Of a stretch of 64,000 bases of DNA, positions 22,382 through 33,462 are shown piece after piece. Location: the NCBI GenBank assembly GCA_007571325.1, contig RKRQ01000065.1, forward strand, positions 7,972-71,971, read 5' to 3'. The translations under genes and the position numbers were made by a program. The stretch is from Candidatus Dadabacteria bacterium. Its GTDB lineage: Bacteria; Desulfobacterota_D; UBA1144; Nemesobacterales; Nemesobacteraceae. The first letter of the stretch is position 1, and the number at the start of each line of letters is the position of its first letter. The notes below the pieces were generated by a model that saw nothing but the letters and a program-made list of their open reading frames with translations, ran no database searches and was not told the origin of the DNA.

Positions 22382-23464
22382 ATGGCTAATAATTACTACG
22401 AAATTCTAGGTGTTACAAAAAACGCTTCTCCTGAAGATATAAAAAACTCCTACAAGAAACTTGCCTTTAAATATCACCCAGACCGCAATCCTGGAGATAA
22501 GAACGCTGAAGAGAAATTTAAGGAAATAAACGAAGCATACCAAGTACTTAACGATAGGAATAAAAGGGCGCGCTATGACAGTTTTGGCCATATCTCGAGT
22601 GATGGCATGGGTGGTGGTTTCTCAGGGTTCGGGGACATTTTTGGAGACCTCTTTGATGATGTTTTTACAGGAGGAACGGGAAGACGCAGAGCTCGACAAG
22701 GAGCGAGTCTGCAGCATGACCTCGAGGTAGATTTTGACGAAGCCGCATTTGGTACGCAGAAAGAGATAAAAATTAGAAAGCGGAAACTCTGCGATGATTG
22801 TTCCGGTTCGGGAGCCGGAGTTGGAGGAGAATCCATTTGTGACCGTTGCGGGGGGCGGGGGTCCGTTGCGTTTTCCCAAGGTCCGTTTTCAATAAGTCAG
22901 GGGTGTTCTTCATGTGGAGGAAGTGGAAAGATCATAACAAACCCTTGTAACAGTTGTAGAGGCTCTGGACTCTCATATACAGAAAAAGTCGTAAGCGTCA
23001 ATATACCTGCTGGTATCTCCAGTGGAATGAGGCTCGTGATAAGGGGGGAAGGTGAACCTGGAGCTCAAGGAGGTCCCCCAGGAGATTTGTACATACAGGT
23101 CAGTGTAAAGGAACATCCCATTTTCAGAAGAGACGGAAACGATATAGTATGTGATTTCTTGATAAGCTTTACCCAGGCGGCTCTTGGAGATGAAGTGGAT
23201 GTTCCTATTCTAAAGGGCACCACCAAAATGAAAATTCCCGCCGGAACACAGCCGGGACAGACTTTCAGGCTTAGAGGAAAAGGACTTGTGGATGTAGAAT
23301 CCGGGAGCCTTGGAGATCAATATGTTTTGATAAAAGTTGTGATACCGCAGAAGCTTACAAGAAAACAGAAAGAAGCTTTAAAAGAATTTGCCGGAAGCTA
23401 TAACGAAAGAAAAGAGCCTCTAATTGAAAAATACTTCAATAAAATAAAGAATTTAGTCCGCTGA
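22382..23464 (+). CDS. dnaJ: Chaperone DnaJ (type I, with zinc-finger domain)
   Basis: J-domain with HPD (YHPDRNPGD). G/F-rich region. Four CxxCxGxG repeats. 360 aa. Confidence 0.92.
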   Translation: MANNYYEILGVTKNASPEDIKNSYKKLAFKYHPDRNPGDKNAEEKFKEINEAYQVLNDRNKRARYDSFGHISSDGMGGGFSGFGDIFGDLFDDVFTGGTGRRRARQGASLQHDLEVDFDEAAFGTQKEIKIRKRKLCDDCSGSGAGVGGESICDRCGGRGSVAFSQGPFSISQGCSSCGGSGKIITNPCNSCRGSGLSYTEKVVSVNIPAGISSGMRLVIRGEGEPGAQGGPPGDLYIQVSVKEHPIFRRDGNDIVCDFLISFTQAALGDEVDVPILKGTTKMKIPAGTQPGQTFRLRGKGLVDVESGSLGDQYVLIKVVIPQKLTRKQKEALKEFAGSYNERKEPLIEKYFNKIKNLVR

Positions 23465-23509
23465 ATATAAAGCATTACATTATATTAGCTAGCTTTTACT
23501 GCCGTAAAT

Positions 23510-23782
23510 CTATCCTCCGGCAATTGCTGGAATAATTGATACTATGTCTCCGTCGTTAAGTTCTGTCTCCACTCCGTCAAGGAACCTTATATCTTCATTG
23601 TTAACATAGATGTTTATGAATCTTCTTACCTTGCCACCCTCATCACAGAGTCTGTTCTTCATACCGGGACATTCGCTCTCCAGTTCTTCTATGAGAGCAG
23701 ATACCGTAGATGCTCCTATGTCAAGTTCGTCTCTGTCTCCTGAGAGTTTTCTAAGGGGTGTTGGAATTCTTACCGATACCAT
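23510..23782 (-). CDS. MoaD/ThiS/CysO-family sulfur-carrier protein (C-terminal GG)
   Basis: About 90 aa, beta-grasp-like, ending ...IPAIAGG-stop. The start chosen is the internal ATG at 23780-23782, preceded by AGGAG. The ORF track runs to 23815. Confidence 0.7.
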   Translation of the reverse strand: MVSVRIPTPLRKLSGDRDELDIGASTVSALIEELESECPGMKNRLCDEGGKVRRFINIYVNNEDIRFLDGVETELNDGDIVSIIPAIAGG

Positions 23783-23871
23783 GTTTTTCTCCTGTTTCTC
23801 CCTTGGTTTGTTCAAATTTCTTTTTTGTCTCTATTAATATTTATGACTATACCACGTAACACCATAGTTTT

Positions 23872-25098
23872 TTACTTCTTATAGAGTTCTTCAAAATCTT
23901 CAAGAGTGGGACCTATGACCTCGGGCTTTCTAAGACTTTCTTCAACAGCGTCCTGAGTTTTAAGACCGTTTCCTGTTATAGATACCACAATTGGTTCATT
24001 GCGGGGAATTTTTCCGTTGTCTATAAGTTTTTTGGTTACTCCAAGAGTTACTCCGCCTGCGGTTTCCGTATAGATGCCCTCAGTTTTAGCTAGAAGTTCT
24101 ATCGCTTCTACTATTTCCTTATCGCTCACGTCCTCCGCCGCTCCGCCACTTTCCCTTATTATGTTCATTGCATAGTAACCGTCGGCTGGAGTTCCAATAG
24201 CAAGAGATTTCGCTATAGTGTTCGGTTTTACCGGTTTGAACATTTCCCAGTTGTTTTTAAATGCGGTTGATATAGGAGAACATCCCGTTGCCTGAGCGCC
24301 ATATATTTTTGAACCTTGAGGCTCTACGATTCCAAGCAGTTCAAATTCCTTTATTGCTTTCCATATCTTGGTAAGAAGAGAGCCGCTCGCCATTGGAACT
24401 ACTATGTGCTTTGGGGCTTTCCATCCAAGTTGTTCCATTACCTCAAACGCATATGACTTGGATCCTTCGGAATAATACGGCCTCATGTTTATATTCACAA
24501 ATGCCCAGTTGTATTTGTTGGCGATTTCACTGCAGAGCCTGTTAACGTCATCATAAGTGCCTTTTACGCCTATAAGATTTGCTCCATAGACTATGGTGTT
24601 AAGTATTTTTGACTGTTCAAGGTCGTGTGGAATCAATATGAAGCTTTTAAGATTTCCGGCGGCGGAAATAGAAGATACAGAGTTTGCTAAATTTCCCGTG
24701 GATGCACATCCAGTTGTACTGAATCCAAACTCCCTTGCTTTTGAAAGAGCTACGGACACAACTCTGTCTTTAAAAGAAAGGGTGGGATAGCAGACCGCGT
24801 CGTTTTTCACGTAGACTTCCGAAACCCCTAGTGCTTCAGCCAGATTTCTGGTCCGTACAAGAGGAGTGTATCCCACTTGAGTTCCGAGAGTAGGCTCAGA
24901 ATCGACTGGAAGAAGTTCCCTGTATCTCCATATAGTCTGCGAGCGAGAGATTATTTTTTCTCTCGAGATATGTTTTTTTATCTCATCATAGTTGTATACG
25001 ACTTCGAGAGGACCGAAACACATTTCGCATACATGCTTCGGTTCTTTAGGATAAAACTCACCGCATTCTTTACATTTGAGAGATTCTACAAAACCCAT
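23872..25098 (-). CDS. Threonine synthase family PLP enzyme (ThrC-like) with N-terminal Cys4 zinc ribbon
   Basis: PLP lysine motif SFKDR. Zinc ribbon CKEC...CEMC at the N-terminus. 408 aa. Confidence 0.8.
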   Translation of the reverse strand: MGFVESLKCKECGEFYPKEPKHVCEMCFGPLEVVYNYDEIKKHISREKIISRSQTIWRYRELLPVDSEPTLGTQVGYTPLVRTRNLAEALGVSEVYVKNDAVCYPTLSFKDRVVSVALSKAREFGFSTTGCASTGNLANSVSSISAAGNLKSFILIPHDLEQSKILNTIVYGANLIGVKGTYDDVNRLCSEIANKYNWAFVNINMRPYYSEGSKSYAFEVMEQLGWKAPKHIVVPMASGSLLTKIWKAIKEFELLGIVEPQGSKIYGAQATGCSPISTAFKNNWEMFKPVKPNTIAKSLAIGTPADGYYAMNIIRESGGAAEDVSDKEIVEAIELLAKTEGIYTETAGGVTLGVTKKLIDNGKIPRNEPIVVSITGNGLKTQDAVEESLRKPEVIGPTLEDFEELYKK

Positions 25099-25288
25099 TG
25101 TGTCTCCGCAAGGTCAATCGGGAGTAAAAATTACCCTAATAGCTTTTGATGTCAACGAAATTCCGCGTTTTGTATGCTGTATATTTAAAGAGGTCTTTGC
25201 TTGGTTTGTTCTTCGATATGCAACTCTGATTTTTATTCGCAGTGAGGCTTTCAGGTACACTTTCACACAAAAATTGAAGGAGATCTGT

Positions 25289-26080
25289 ATGAAAGTGCTT
25301 AGCGAAAACGGATTCTCAATACACGGTTTCAGGGTCGGTGAAAGTGATAGCAACTACAATTACTTGGTGGCGTGTGAGGAAACCGGAGAATGTGTGGTAA
25401 TAGACCCACTTGATCCGGTCACTGTTCTAAAAATCATAAGAAAAATGGATTACAGGGTGAAATACGTATTGAATACTCACGCGCACCCAGATCACATTTA
25501 CGGAAACAACCCTATAACGAAGGTTTTTCTTTCTTCAAAAATACTTATTCATACGAGCGCTCTTGACTATGTGGCTCCAAGAAGCGAGGGAGTAGAGGAA
25601 GGAGACAAGGTAGACTTCGGAAAGCAACGGATTGATGTAATTCATACTCCGGGACACTGTCCAGAACATATATCATTTATAATTGGGGACAATATTTTTC
25701 TTGGTGATACAGCCTTTGTTTCAGGGTGTGGGAACGTAAGGTTTAGAGGAAAAGCGGAGGATCTCTATGAAACTTTTGCTTTTAAGCTTTCTTGTCTTCC
25801 CGGAAGACTTAGAATGTTTTGTGGTCATGACTATGCAGAAACCAACCTCAAGTTTACTCTTAAGCTTAATCCAGAAAATAAAGATGCGAAGAGAAAACTT
25901 AAAGAGATTCCAGAGGACAAGTTCCCCCGTTCAACCCTGGGGGAGGAGAGAACCTATAATCCCTTTATGAGAATTGATAACCCTGCAGTTGTGGATGCAA
26001 TAATAGAAAAGGACCGGTCTCTGGAAAATGATCCTATGGCAGTTTTCATAAAGTTAAGAGAACTTAGAGACAGGTGGTAG
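25289..26080 (+). CDS. MBL-fold metallo-hydrolase (glyoxalase II-like)
   Basis: HAHPDH motif. Start reset to ATG 25289, which follows AAGGAGA. The ORF track start at 25076 runs through the upstream intergenic region. Confidence 0.7.
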   Translation: MKVLSENGFSIHGFRVGESDSNYNYLVACEETGECVVIDPLDPVTVLKIIRKMDYRVKYVLNTHAHPDHIYGNNPITKVFLSSKILIHTSALDYVAPRSEGVEEGDKVDFGKQRIDVIHTPGHCPEHISFIIGDNIFLGDTAFVSGCGNVRFRGKAEDLYETFAFKLSCLPGRLRMFCGHDYAETNLKFTLKLNPENKDAKRKLKEIPEDKFPRSTLGEERTYNPFMRIDNPAVVDAIIEKDRSLENDPMAVFIKLRELRDRW

Positions 26081-26166
26081 ATTCTGTGTTTTTACTTGTT
26101 TCCACAAAGCGGCATTTGTCAGTTGAAATAAGAAAATACTAGACCTCTTAGTGAGGCAAGCGACTT

Positions 26167-29100
26167 ATGAGTACAGAAAACAACTCCAATAAACCCCACG
26201 CTTTGCTTGAGTCCGTTGCGCAAAAAAGAATAGTTTTTTTCGACGGCGCTATGGGAACAATGATTCAGAGGGAAAACCTCCAGGAAGAGGATTTCAGGGG
26301 GGAATTATTCTCTGATCACCCGGCGGACCTAAAGGGTAATAATGATCTTCTTTCCCTTACAAAACCTGAAATTATATACAAAATTCACAGGGAATATTTT
26401 GAAGCTGGATGCGATATAGTTGAAACCAATACCTTTAACTCTACTTCAGTAGCTCAGGCTGATTATGGACTTGAGAACTGGGTAAGAACCCTTAATCTTG
26501 AGTCGGCCAAAATCGCAAAAAAAGCGGCTTCTGATTTTATGGAACAAAATCCCGAGCGGCTCTGTTTTGTGGCTGGAGCACTGGGTCCGACTAATAAAAC
26601 AGCCTCAATTTCCCCTGACGTTAACGACCCCTCATACAGGGCGATTTCGTTTGATCAACTCGTAGAAGCTTACCGTGAGCAGACAGAAGCCCTTGTTGAA
26701 GGAGGGGTGGATATACTTCTACCCGAAACCATCTTTGACACCCTGAATCTAAAAGCAGCCATGTATGCCATTGAAGCCTTTTTCGATGAACATGATGGGG
26801 AAAGAATTCCGATCATGCTTTCTGTCACCATAACGGACCGTTCTGGTCGAACGCTTTCGGGACAGACAATAGAGGCTTTTTGGAATTCGGTTCGTCATGC
26901 AAAACCTTTCAGCGTTGGGATAAACTGCGCACTAGGTGCAGAAGATATGCGTCCTTATATTGAAGAGCTCTCACGAATAGCTGACTGCCGCATAAGCTGC
27001 TACCCGAATGCCGGACTTCCCAATCCCTTGAGTGAAACTGGATACGACGAAACACCAGATATCACTTCCACTTTCCTTCTGGATTTTGCAAAGAGTGGTT
27101 TTCTCAACATAGTAGGCGGATGCTGCGGTACTACTCCGGAGCACATAAAGATGGTGGTGGAAAAACTCAGAGATATTCCACCAAGAGAAACTCCCTGCAA
27201 CAAAGACATGACCAGATTGAGCGGTCTTGAATCCCTTAACATATCCTCCGAGTCAGAAGGGCCTTTCATAATGGTTGGAGAAAGAGCAAATGTGACCGGG
27301 TCTCCCAAGTTTGCAAGGCTTGTAAAGGAAGGAGATTTTGAAGGAGCCGTTTCAATAGCTCTTCAACAGGTGGAAAACGGAGCGAACATAATAGATGTTA
27401 ATTTTGATGAAGGACTTCTTGACTCTGAAAGCTGTATGGAACGTTTTCTTAATCTTATAGCTTCAGAACCTGAGGTGACTAGGATTCCTGTAATGATAGA
27501 CAGCTCTAGATGGTCTGTTATTGAGCGGGGGCTTAAATGTATTCAAGGTAAATGCATTGTGAATTCCATAAGTCTTAAGGAAGGAGAACAGATTTTCTGC
27601 GAGCAGGCAAGAACGGCAATGCGTTATGGTGCTTCGGTTGTGGTGATGGCTTTTGATGAAAAAGGCCAAGCTACCTCAAAAAAAGACAAGGTAGAAATAT
27701 GCAGAAGGGCCTACCGCATATTAACCGAAGAAGTTGGGATGGATCCCTGCGACATAATTTTTGATCCCAATATTTTAACGGTAGCAACTGGTATCGAGGA
27801 ACACAATTCCTATGCCGTGAATTTTTTTGAAGCCGTAAAGGAAATAAAGAAATCCTGTCCCAAAGCGCTTACAAGCGGTGGGGTAAGCAATATATCTTTT
27901 TCTTTTAGAGGAAACAACTTCGTGCGTGAAGCGATGCACAGCGCATTTCTTTACCACGCTGTAAAAGCCGGTCTTGACATGGGGATAGTGAATGCGGGAA
28001 TGCTCACTGTTTATGACGATATCGACCCTGAACTTCTAAAAAGAGTGGAAGATGTGCTTCTTAACCGTCGTTCCGATTCTACAGAACGTCTTGTTGAATA
28101 TGCTAGACGTTTTGAAGGAGTGAAATCCACGGGTGCTGAAAAAGAAACTAAGCGGTGGAGAGAGCTTGAGGTTGAAAAGCGTCTTGAGTTCTCTCTTGTA
28201 AATGGTGTAGGGGATTTCATAGCCGCTGACACCGAAGAAGCTAGGGTTAAGTACGAAACCCCGCTTAAGGTTATCGAAGGGCCTCTTATGGATGGGATGA
28301 AGGTAGTCGGTGATCTTTTTGGTAGTGGTAAGATGTTTCTTCCTCAGGTGGTGAAAAGTGCAAGAGTAATGAAAAAAGCTGTCGCGTATCTTCAGCCCTT
28401 TATGGATCAGGAAAAAACTGTAGGTGGGACAGAAAAAGGAAAGTTTGTTATAGCTACAGTAAAAGGAGATGTTCACGATATAGGAAAAAATATAGTGTCC
28501 GTGGTTCTGGGTTGCAATAACTATAAAATAATAGATTTAGGGGTAATGGTTCCTTGCGAAAAGATACTTAAAGTTGCAAAAGAGCATCAAGCGGATTTTA
28601 TAGGATTAAGCGGATTGATCACACCTTCTCTTGATGAAATGGTGTATAACGCAAAAGAAATGCAGAGGGAAGGATTTAGTATTCCTCTACTTATTGGAGG
28701 TGCAACAACAAGCAGGGCTCACACGGCGATAAAGATAGCTCCTGAGTATAGTGGCATAGTTGACCACGTATCCGATGCTTCTCTTGTTGTGGGTGTTTGT
28801 AACAATATAATGAATCCGCAGAGAGCCCGACTTTATGTGGAGGAGCTTGAAAAGAGCAATTTGGAGCAGAGACAACGTTTTGAGGGAGCTAGAAGTCAAG
28901 TGGAGTATACTCCCATAAAAGACGCTAGAGAAAAAGCTTTTCCGAGTGATTGGGAAAAGCTGACAATATCATCTCCAGAGCGGCTTGGGGTTTTTGTCTT
29001 TGACAATATCTCTCTTGCAGAAGTTGCCGGTTATATAGACTGGTCTCCTTTTTTCTGGGCGTGGGAGCTTAAGGGAGTATTTCCCAAGATACTTGAACAT

Positions 29101-29871
29101 CCTAAAAGGGGAGGTGAGGCGAAAAAACTTTACCGGGATGGTCAGACGCTTCTTAAACGGATAATTTTGGAGAAAATTTTTACCCCCCGTGCGGTTGTCG
29201 GAATTTTCCGAGCAAACAGTGTTGGAGACGACGTTGAAATCTATGACTCTGAAAAGCAGGTTTTGGCTATCTTTCATTTCCTAAGACAACAGGAGATGCG
29301 TTCTAAACAGGGATACTATTACTGTCTTTCCGATTTTATAGCGCCGAAAGCTTCAAGCAGAGAAGATTATATGGGTGGCTTTGTAGTAACTGCGGGAGAA
29401 GGGGTTGAGAGGCTTTCGGGAGATTTTAAGGAAAAAGGCGATGATTACAATTCAATCATGGCAAGTGTGCTGGGAGATAGAATAGCTGAAGCCCTTGCTG
29501 AAATGATCCATAAAAAAGTAAGAGATCTCTGGGGATACGGTAAAAAAGAAAAACTTAGCCCTGAAGAGTTGATAAATGAAAAATACAGAGGAATAAGACC
29601 TGCTCCGGGCTACCCGTCCTGCCCTGACCATACGGAAAAAGAGATTCTCTGGGACCTTCTCGAAGCGGAAGAGCACACGGGAGTATCCCTTACAGAAAGT
29701 TTTGCCATGAATCCTCCGAGTTCGGTTTCTGGTTTTTATATAGCTCATCCCCAGTCCAGGTATTTTTCTCTTGGAAAAATACTGAAGGATCAGGTTCAGG
29801 ACTATGCGGAGAGAAAGAAAATCAATTTTGAGCAGGCGGAAAGATGGCTCCGCCCGAATCTTGCGTATTGA
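26167..29871 (+). CDS. metH: Cobalamin-dependent methionine synthase
   Basis: 1234 aa. Hcy-binding, pterin-binding, B12-binding (DVHDIGKN) and AdoMet-activation modules are all present. Confidence 0.93.
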   Translation: MSTENNSNKPHALLESVAQKRIVFFDGAMGTMIQRENLQEEDFRGELFSDHPADLKGNNDLLSLTKPEIIYKIHREYFEAGCDIVETNTFNSTSVAQADYGLENWVRTLNLESAKIAKKAASDFMEQNPERLCFVAGALGPTNKTASISPDVNDPSYRAISFDQLVEAYREQTEALVEGGVDILLPETIFDTLNLKAAMYAIEAFFDEHDGERIPIMLSVTITDRSGRTLSGQTIEAFWNSVRHAKPFSVGINCALGAEDMRPYIEELSRIADCRISCYPNAGLPNPLSETGYDETPDITSTFLLDFAKSGFLNIVGGCCGTTPEHIKMVVEKLRDIPPRETPCNKDMTRLSGLESLNISSESEGPFIMVGERANVTGSPKFARLVKEGDFEGAVSIALQQVENGANIIDVNFDEGLLDSESCMERFLNLIASEPEVTRIPVMIDSSRWSVIERGLKCIQGKCIVNSISLKEGEQIFCEQARTAMRYGASVVVMAFDEKGQATSKKDKVEICRRAYRILTEEVGMDPCDIIFDPNILTVATGIEEHNSYAVNFFEAVKEIKKSCPKALTSGGVSNISFSFRGNNFVREAMHSAFLYHAVKAGLDMGIVNAGMLTVYDDIDPELLKRVEDVLLNRRSDSTERLVEYARRFEGVKSTGAEKETKRWRELEVEKRLEFSLVNGVGDFIAADTEEARVKYETPLKVIEGPLMDGMKVVGDLFGSGKMFLPQVVKSARVMKKAVAYLQPFMDQEKTVGGTEKGKFVIATVKGDVHDIGKNIVSVVLGCNNYKIIDLGVMVPCEKILKVAKEHQADFIGLSGLITPSLDEMVYNAKEMQREGFSIPLLIGGATTSRAHTAIKIAPEYSGIVDHVSDASLVVGVCNNIMNPQRARLYVEELEKSNLEQRQRFEGARSQVEYTPIKDAREKAFPSDWEKLTISSPERLGVFVFDNISLAEVAGYIDWSPFFWAWELKGVFPKILEHPKRGGEAKKLYRDGQTLLKRIILEKIFTPRAVVGIFRANSVGDDVEIYDSEKQVLAIFHFLRQQEMRSKQGYYYCLSDFIAPKASSREDYMGGFVVTAGEGVERLSGDFKEKGDDYNSIMASVLGDRIAEALAEMIHKKVRDLWGYGKKEKLSPEELINEKYRGIRPAPGYPSCPDHTEKEILWDLLEAEEHTGVSLTESFAMNPPSSVSGFYIAHPQSRYFSLGKILKDQVQDYAERKKINFEQAERWLRPNLAY

Positions 29872-29967
29872 GAACTTTTTTATGAAGCTGCAAGATTCTT
29901 GACAAATCGCTTCAAAATATTTAGAGTGAGCCTCTAAGGTCTGGTACTGCTGATTTCCTAGGGCGCT

Positions 29968-30258
29968 ATGAAAAAATCAGATATAGAAAAGCAGCTTTCG
30001 CAGAAATTTAATATTAATCCTGTGGAATCCAAAAAGATTCTTGATGTAATGCTTGACGCTATGGCACGAATGCTTAGCGATGGAGAAAGAATAGAGATAA
30101 GACATTTCGGAAGTTTCTTTACAAAAAACTACGAGCCTTATGAGGGAAGAAATCCCAGAACTGGCGAGAAAATATATATTGGCCAAAAAACCCTCCCTTT
30201 GTTCAAAGTAAGCAACTGGCTTGCCCCGAAACTTACAGAAAAACACAGTGATAAGTGA
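29968..30258 (+). CDS. HU/IHF-family DNA-binding protein
   Basis: 96 aa. GRNPRTGE arm motif. Confidence 0.8.
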   Translation: MKKSDIEKQLSQKFNINPVESKKILDVMLDAMARMLSDGERIEIRHFGSFFTKNYEPYEGRNPRTGEKIYIGQKTLPLFKVSNWLAPKLTEKHSDK

Positions 30259-30297
30259 TAGGTTTCAGCAGGGGATCGCTAACACTTCTTCTTTCAG

Positions 30298-30813
30298 ATG
30301 CCTGTACTTGATATCCTTGTTTATCCCAACCCGGCGTTAAAGAAAAAATCCTTACCCGTAAAGAAGCTTGACGAAGACATAAAATGTCTTCTGGATGATA
30401 TGGTACAGACCATGCGCGATGCTCACGGGGTTGGACTTGCTGCTCCTCAGATTGGCAGAAACATCCGGATTCTTGTTGTTGATGTGCCTTTGCCTGAAGA
30501 GAACAGAAAGGAGTTCTATGAACTAATAAATCCCGAAATTGTTTCTTCTAGAGGATCTCAGATTGGTAAAGAAGGTTGTCTCAGCGTACCCGGTTTTTAT
30601 GAGAACATAAGACGAAGAAACCATATAAGTGTATCTGCTCTTGACAGAGAAGGTAAGCGTTTCACTATTGATGCGGAGGGAATGCTGTCGAGAGTTCTTC
30701 AACATGAGATAGACCACCTTGATGGTATACTGTTTTTTGACAGATTGGGGCGGCTTAAAAAAGATATTCTTTTAAAACAGATTGACGAGCGGTTTGTATC
30801 CGCACAGAGTTAA
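30298..30813 (+). CDS. def: Peptide deformylase
   Basis: Motifs GVGLAAPQIG, EGCLSVPG and HEIDHLDG. Confidence 0.93.
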   Translation: MPVLDILVYPNPALKKKSLPVKKLDEDIKCLLDDMVQTMRDAHGVGLAAPQIGRNIRILVVDVPLPEENRKEFYELINPEIVSSRGSQIGKEGCLSVPGFYENIRRRNHISVSALDREGKRFTIDAEGMLSRVLQHEIDHLDGILFFDRLGRLKKDILLKQIDERFVSAQS

Positions 30814-30851
30814 CTCTTTATTTTGCTCAATTTTCCGGTTGCTTTCACGAT

Positions 30852-31991
30852 ATGATTTCAGACTTGGTTAAAAACATAGAGCCTTTCTACGTAATGGATA
30901 TTCTTGAGAGGGCGAAACAGCTTGAAAACCAAGGTCGAGATATCATCCATTTTGAGGTGGGAGAACCTGATTTCAATACTCCAGAAGAAATATGTTCAGC
31001 TGCCGTAAAGTGGATAGAAAAAGGCTACACAAAATACACAAGCAGCCTTGGAATCAATGAACTTCGTCAGAGTATTGCGGAGGATTACAGCAATACATAT
31101 GGTGTGGAAGTGGGATATGAAAGAGTGATAGTAACCATAGGTAGTTCGTCCGCGCTTCTGCTGGCGATGCTGACCATTCTTAATCCCGGCGATGAGATAT
31201 TAATAACAGACCCCCATTACGCATGCTATCCACAGATAATAAGTGTTGCAAGGGGAGTAACAAAAAAAATACCTGTTTGCGAAAGCGATGGTTACAAGAT
31301 TGACCCTGCTGAGGTGAGAAAAAATATCGGTAAGAAAACAAAGGCTATACTAGTAAATTCTCCCGCTAATCCAACCGGTGCGGTTATTGACACAGATGTT
31401 CTCTGCGAATTGTCTGAGATGGGTCTTTTTGTAATCTCAGACGAAATATACCACGGTCTTGTATACGGCACACGGGTTAACTCGATTTTGGAATTCACCG
31501 ACAAGGCTATAGCTATAAATGGCTTCGCCAAACTTTACTCCATGACAGGCTGGCGTCTTGGTTATATGATAGTTCCCCAAGAACTTGTAAGGTATGTACA
31601 AAAACTTCAGCAGAATCTTTTTATCTCTGCCGGATCTTTTGTTCAAAAAGCAGGAATCGATGCTATTGAAAAAGTGAAAAAAAGCGCAAAAATCAAAACC
31701 ATAGTGGCTGAGTTTGATAAACGGAGGGAGGAAATGATAAAGGGACTTTCCTCAATCGGATTTAATATAGTAGTTGAACCTAAAGGAGCTTTCTATGTTT
31801 TTGTAAATTCTTCTAGGTGGAGTCAGGATTCGTGGCGCCTTGCGTTTGATATCCTTGAGAACTGCCATGTTGGTGTAACTCCCGGAATAGATTTTAGCGA
31901 CAGAGGAAAAGATTATCTGAGATTTTCATATGCGACATCTATTGACTCTATAAGGGAGGGAGTAAGAAGGTTGGGAGAGTTCTTGGGGTGA
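30852..31991 (+). CDS. Class I/II PLP-dependent aminotransferase (aspartate/aromatic family)
   Basis: SPANPTG motif. PLP-lysine region NGFAKLYSMTGWRLGY. 379 aa. Confidence 0.8.
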   Translation: MISDLVKNIEPFYVMDILERAKQLENQGRDIIHFEVGEPDFNTPEEICSAAVKWIEKGYTKYTSSLGINELRQSIAEDYSNTYGVEVGYERVIVTIGSSSALLLAMLTILNPGDEILITDPHYACYPQIISVARGVTKKIPVCESDGYKIDPAEVRKNIGKKTKAILVNSPANPTGAVIDTDVLCELSEMGLFVISDEIYHGLVYGTRVNSILEFTDKAIAINGFAKLYSMTGWRLGYMIVPQELVRYVQKLQQNLFISAGSFVQKAGIDAIEKVKKSAKIKTIVAEFDKRREEMIKGLSSIGFNIVVEPKGAFYVFVNSSRWSQDSWRLAFDILENCHVGVTPGIDFSDRGKDYLRFSYATSIDSIREGVRRLGEFLG

Positions 31992-32090
31992 ATATTAAAA
32001 AAAGGTACTAGGACTTAGTCTTGCTTATAATAAGGAGAGCAAGTTTCCCCCCTTTTTATAACGATATGGATTTTATCAGAGAATACTAAG

Positions 32091-32885
32091 ATGGGTAGAA
32101 AGCTTGTTGTTGGAAATTGGAAGATGAACCTGCTTCAAAAAGAAGCTAAAGAATTGTCTTGTGCAATAGTCGACCTGATTGGAAAAAACTACGATAACTG
32201 TGAAGTGGTGCTTGTGCCCCCATACACAGCTCTTAGAGAGGTGGGCAACTGTATTTCGGGCTCAAATATAGATCTTGGGGCACAGAATGTTTTCGGCAAA
32301 AGCAGGGGGGCTTATACAGGTGAAATATCTGCGCCTATGCTTGTGGATGCGGGATGTAAGTGGGTTATAATCGGCCATTCGGAAAGAAGACATTTACTAG
32401 GGGAAACAGATGAGCAAATAAGGAAGAAAATCTCTCTGTCAATTTCCTATGGTCTTAAGGTAATTCTGTGCGTGGGAGAAACCGAGACCCAAAGAGAGGA
32501 GGCAGTATCGGGAAGTAAAGATATTTCTACAAAAAAAAGAGATATCTTTTCACCGATAAAAACTCAGATAGAAAATGCGCTGGGTGCTTTTGATGAACAA
32601 GGGCTCTTGGATATTGTTATAGCCTATGAACCGGTTTGGGCAATAGGGACAGGGAAAAACGCTACCTCTTTGGAAATAGCTGAAATTCATCAATGTATAA
32701 GAGAACTTCTTGTAGAAATGTTTCCCGATTCGGGTAATAATGTAAGGATTTTATATGGTGGAAGCGTCAAAACGGGTAATATATCGGATATTATGTCTGT
32801 TGATGAAGTCGACGGAGTTTTAGTTGGAGGGGCCAGTCTTTCAGTCGATTCGTTTTTTAAAATAGTAAAACTTATTGGGAGTTAG
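32091..32885 (+). CDS. tpiA: Triosephosphate isomerase
   Basis: Motifs VVGNWKMN, IIGHSERR and AYEPVWAIGTGK. Confidence 0.93.
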   Translation: MGRKLVVGNWKMNLLQKEAKELSCAIVDLIGKNYDNCEVVLVPPYTALREVGNCISGSNIDLGAQNVFGKSRGAYTGEISAPMLVDAGCKWVIIGHSERRHLLGETDEQIRKKISLSISYGLKVILCVGETETQREEAVSGSKDISTKKRDIFSPIKTQIENALGAFDEQGLLDIVIAYEPVWAIGTGKNATSLEIAEIHQCIRELLVEMFPDSGNNVRILYGGSVKTGNISDIMSVDEVDGVLVGGASLSVDSFFKIVKLIGS

Positions 32886-32888
32886 AAA

Positions 32889-33365
32889 TTGGAGTTCTTA
32901 ATACCGTCGGTAAAAATTATTCACATAATTGTTAGTATAGTTCTTGTACTGATAATACTGCTTCAGCCTAGCAAATCCAGTGATATAGGTTCAATGTTTG
33001 GAGGTGGAAGTTCAGAGTCAGTCTTTGGTTCAAGTGGAGCAATGCCTTTTCTTGTGAAAATGACTAGGCTTTTTGGACTTATATTCGTAATTACATCTCT
33101 GTTTCTGGGATATACTTCCGTAAAGTCAATATCAGGTTCAGTTGTGGAAACGTCTGCCGGCGGAGTATTTGAAGAGCTTCCTCAGTCTGAGGAGAAGCCT
33201 TTGGAAAAATCTGTGGAACGGACTAACGATATAGAACGAGCTAAGCAATTGCAGGAAGTTGGAACAGTTGTGGATACTGAATCAATGTCTGTCTCTTCTT
33301 CTGAATCTGTTCCGGTTAAAATAGAACCTGAACTCAGAGATTCTGAGAAAAAACCTAGAGAATAA
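32889..33365 (+). CDS. secG: Preprotein translocase subunit SecG (with long acidic/Ser-rich C-terminal tail)
   Basis: TTG start after GGGAG. N-terminal TM segment with LLQ, then a Gly/Ser-rich segment. Conserved tpiA-secG synteny. Confidence 0.7.
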   Translation: MEFLIPSVKIIHIIVSIVLVLIILLQPSKSSDIGSMFGGGSSESVFGSSGAMPFLVKMTRLFGLIFVITSLFLGYTSVKSISGSVVETSAGGVFEELPQSEEKPLEKSVERTNDIERAKQLQEVGTVVDTESMSVSSSESVPVKIEPELRDSEKKPRE

Positions 33366-33462
33366 TAATCTCTTGTCGCATGTCTTTTATTTAAAAAAGC
33401 TTTAGTTAGTATTACGGAATATAGTATTATAGTCGCGACGTGCCAATCTGGAGGCCTAAAAA

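Noticed and set aside
25076-25288. Long N-terminal extension of the MBL-fold ORF
   Set aside because: The extension runs through the divergent promoter region of the ThrC-like gene. A good AAGGAGA ribosome-binding site precedes the internal ATG at 25289, where the conserved MBL domain begins.
26081-26166. Cobalamin or SAM riboswitch upstream of metH, and similarly upstream of the ThrC-like gene
   Set aside because: The leaders are only about 85 nt and 170 nt. They lack the B12-box or SAM-I conserved cores. A promoter plus ribosome-binding site accounts for the sequence.
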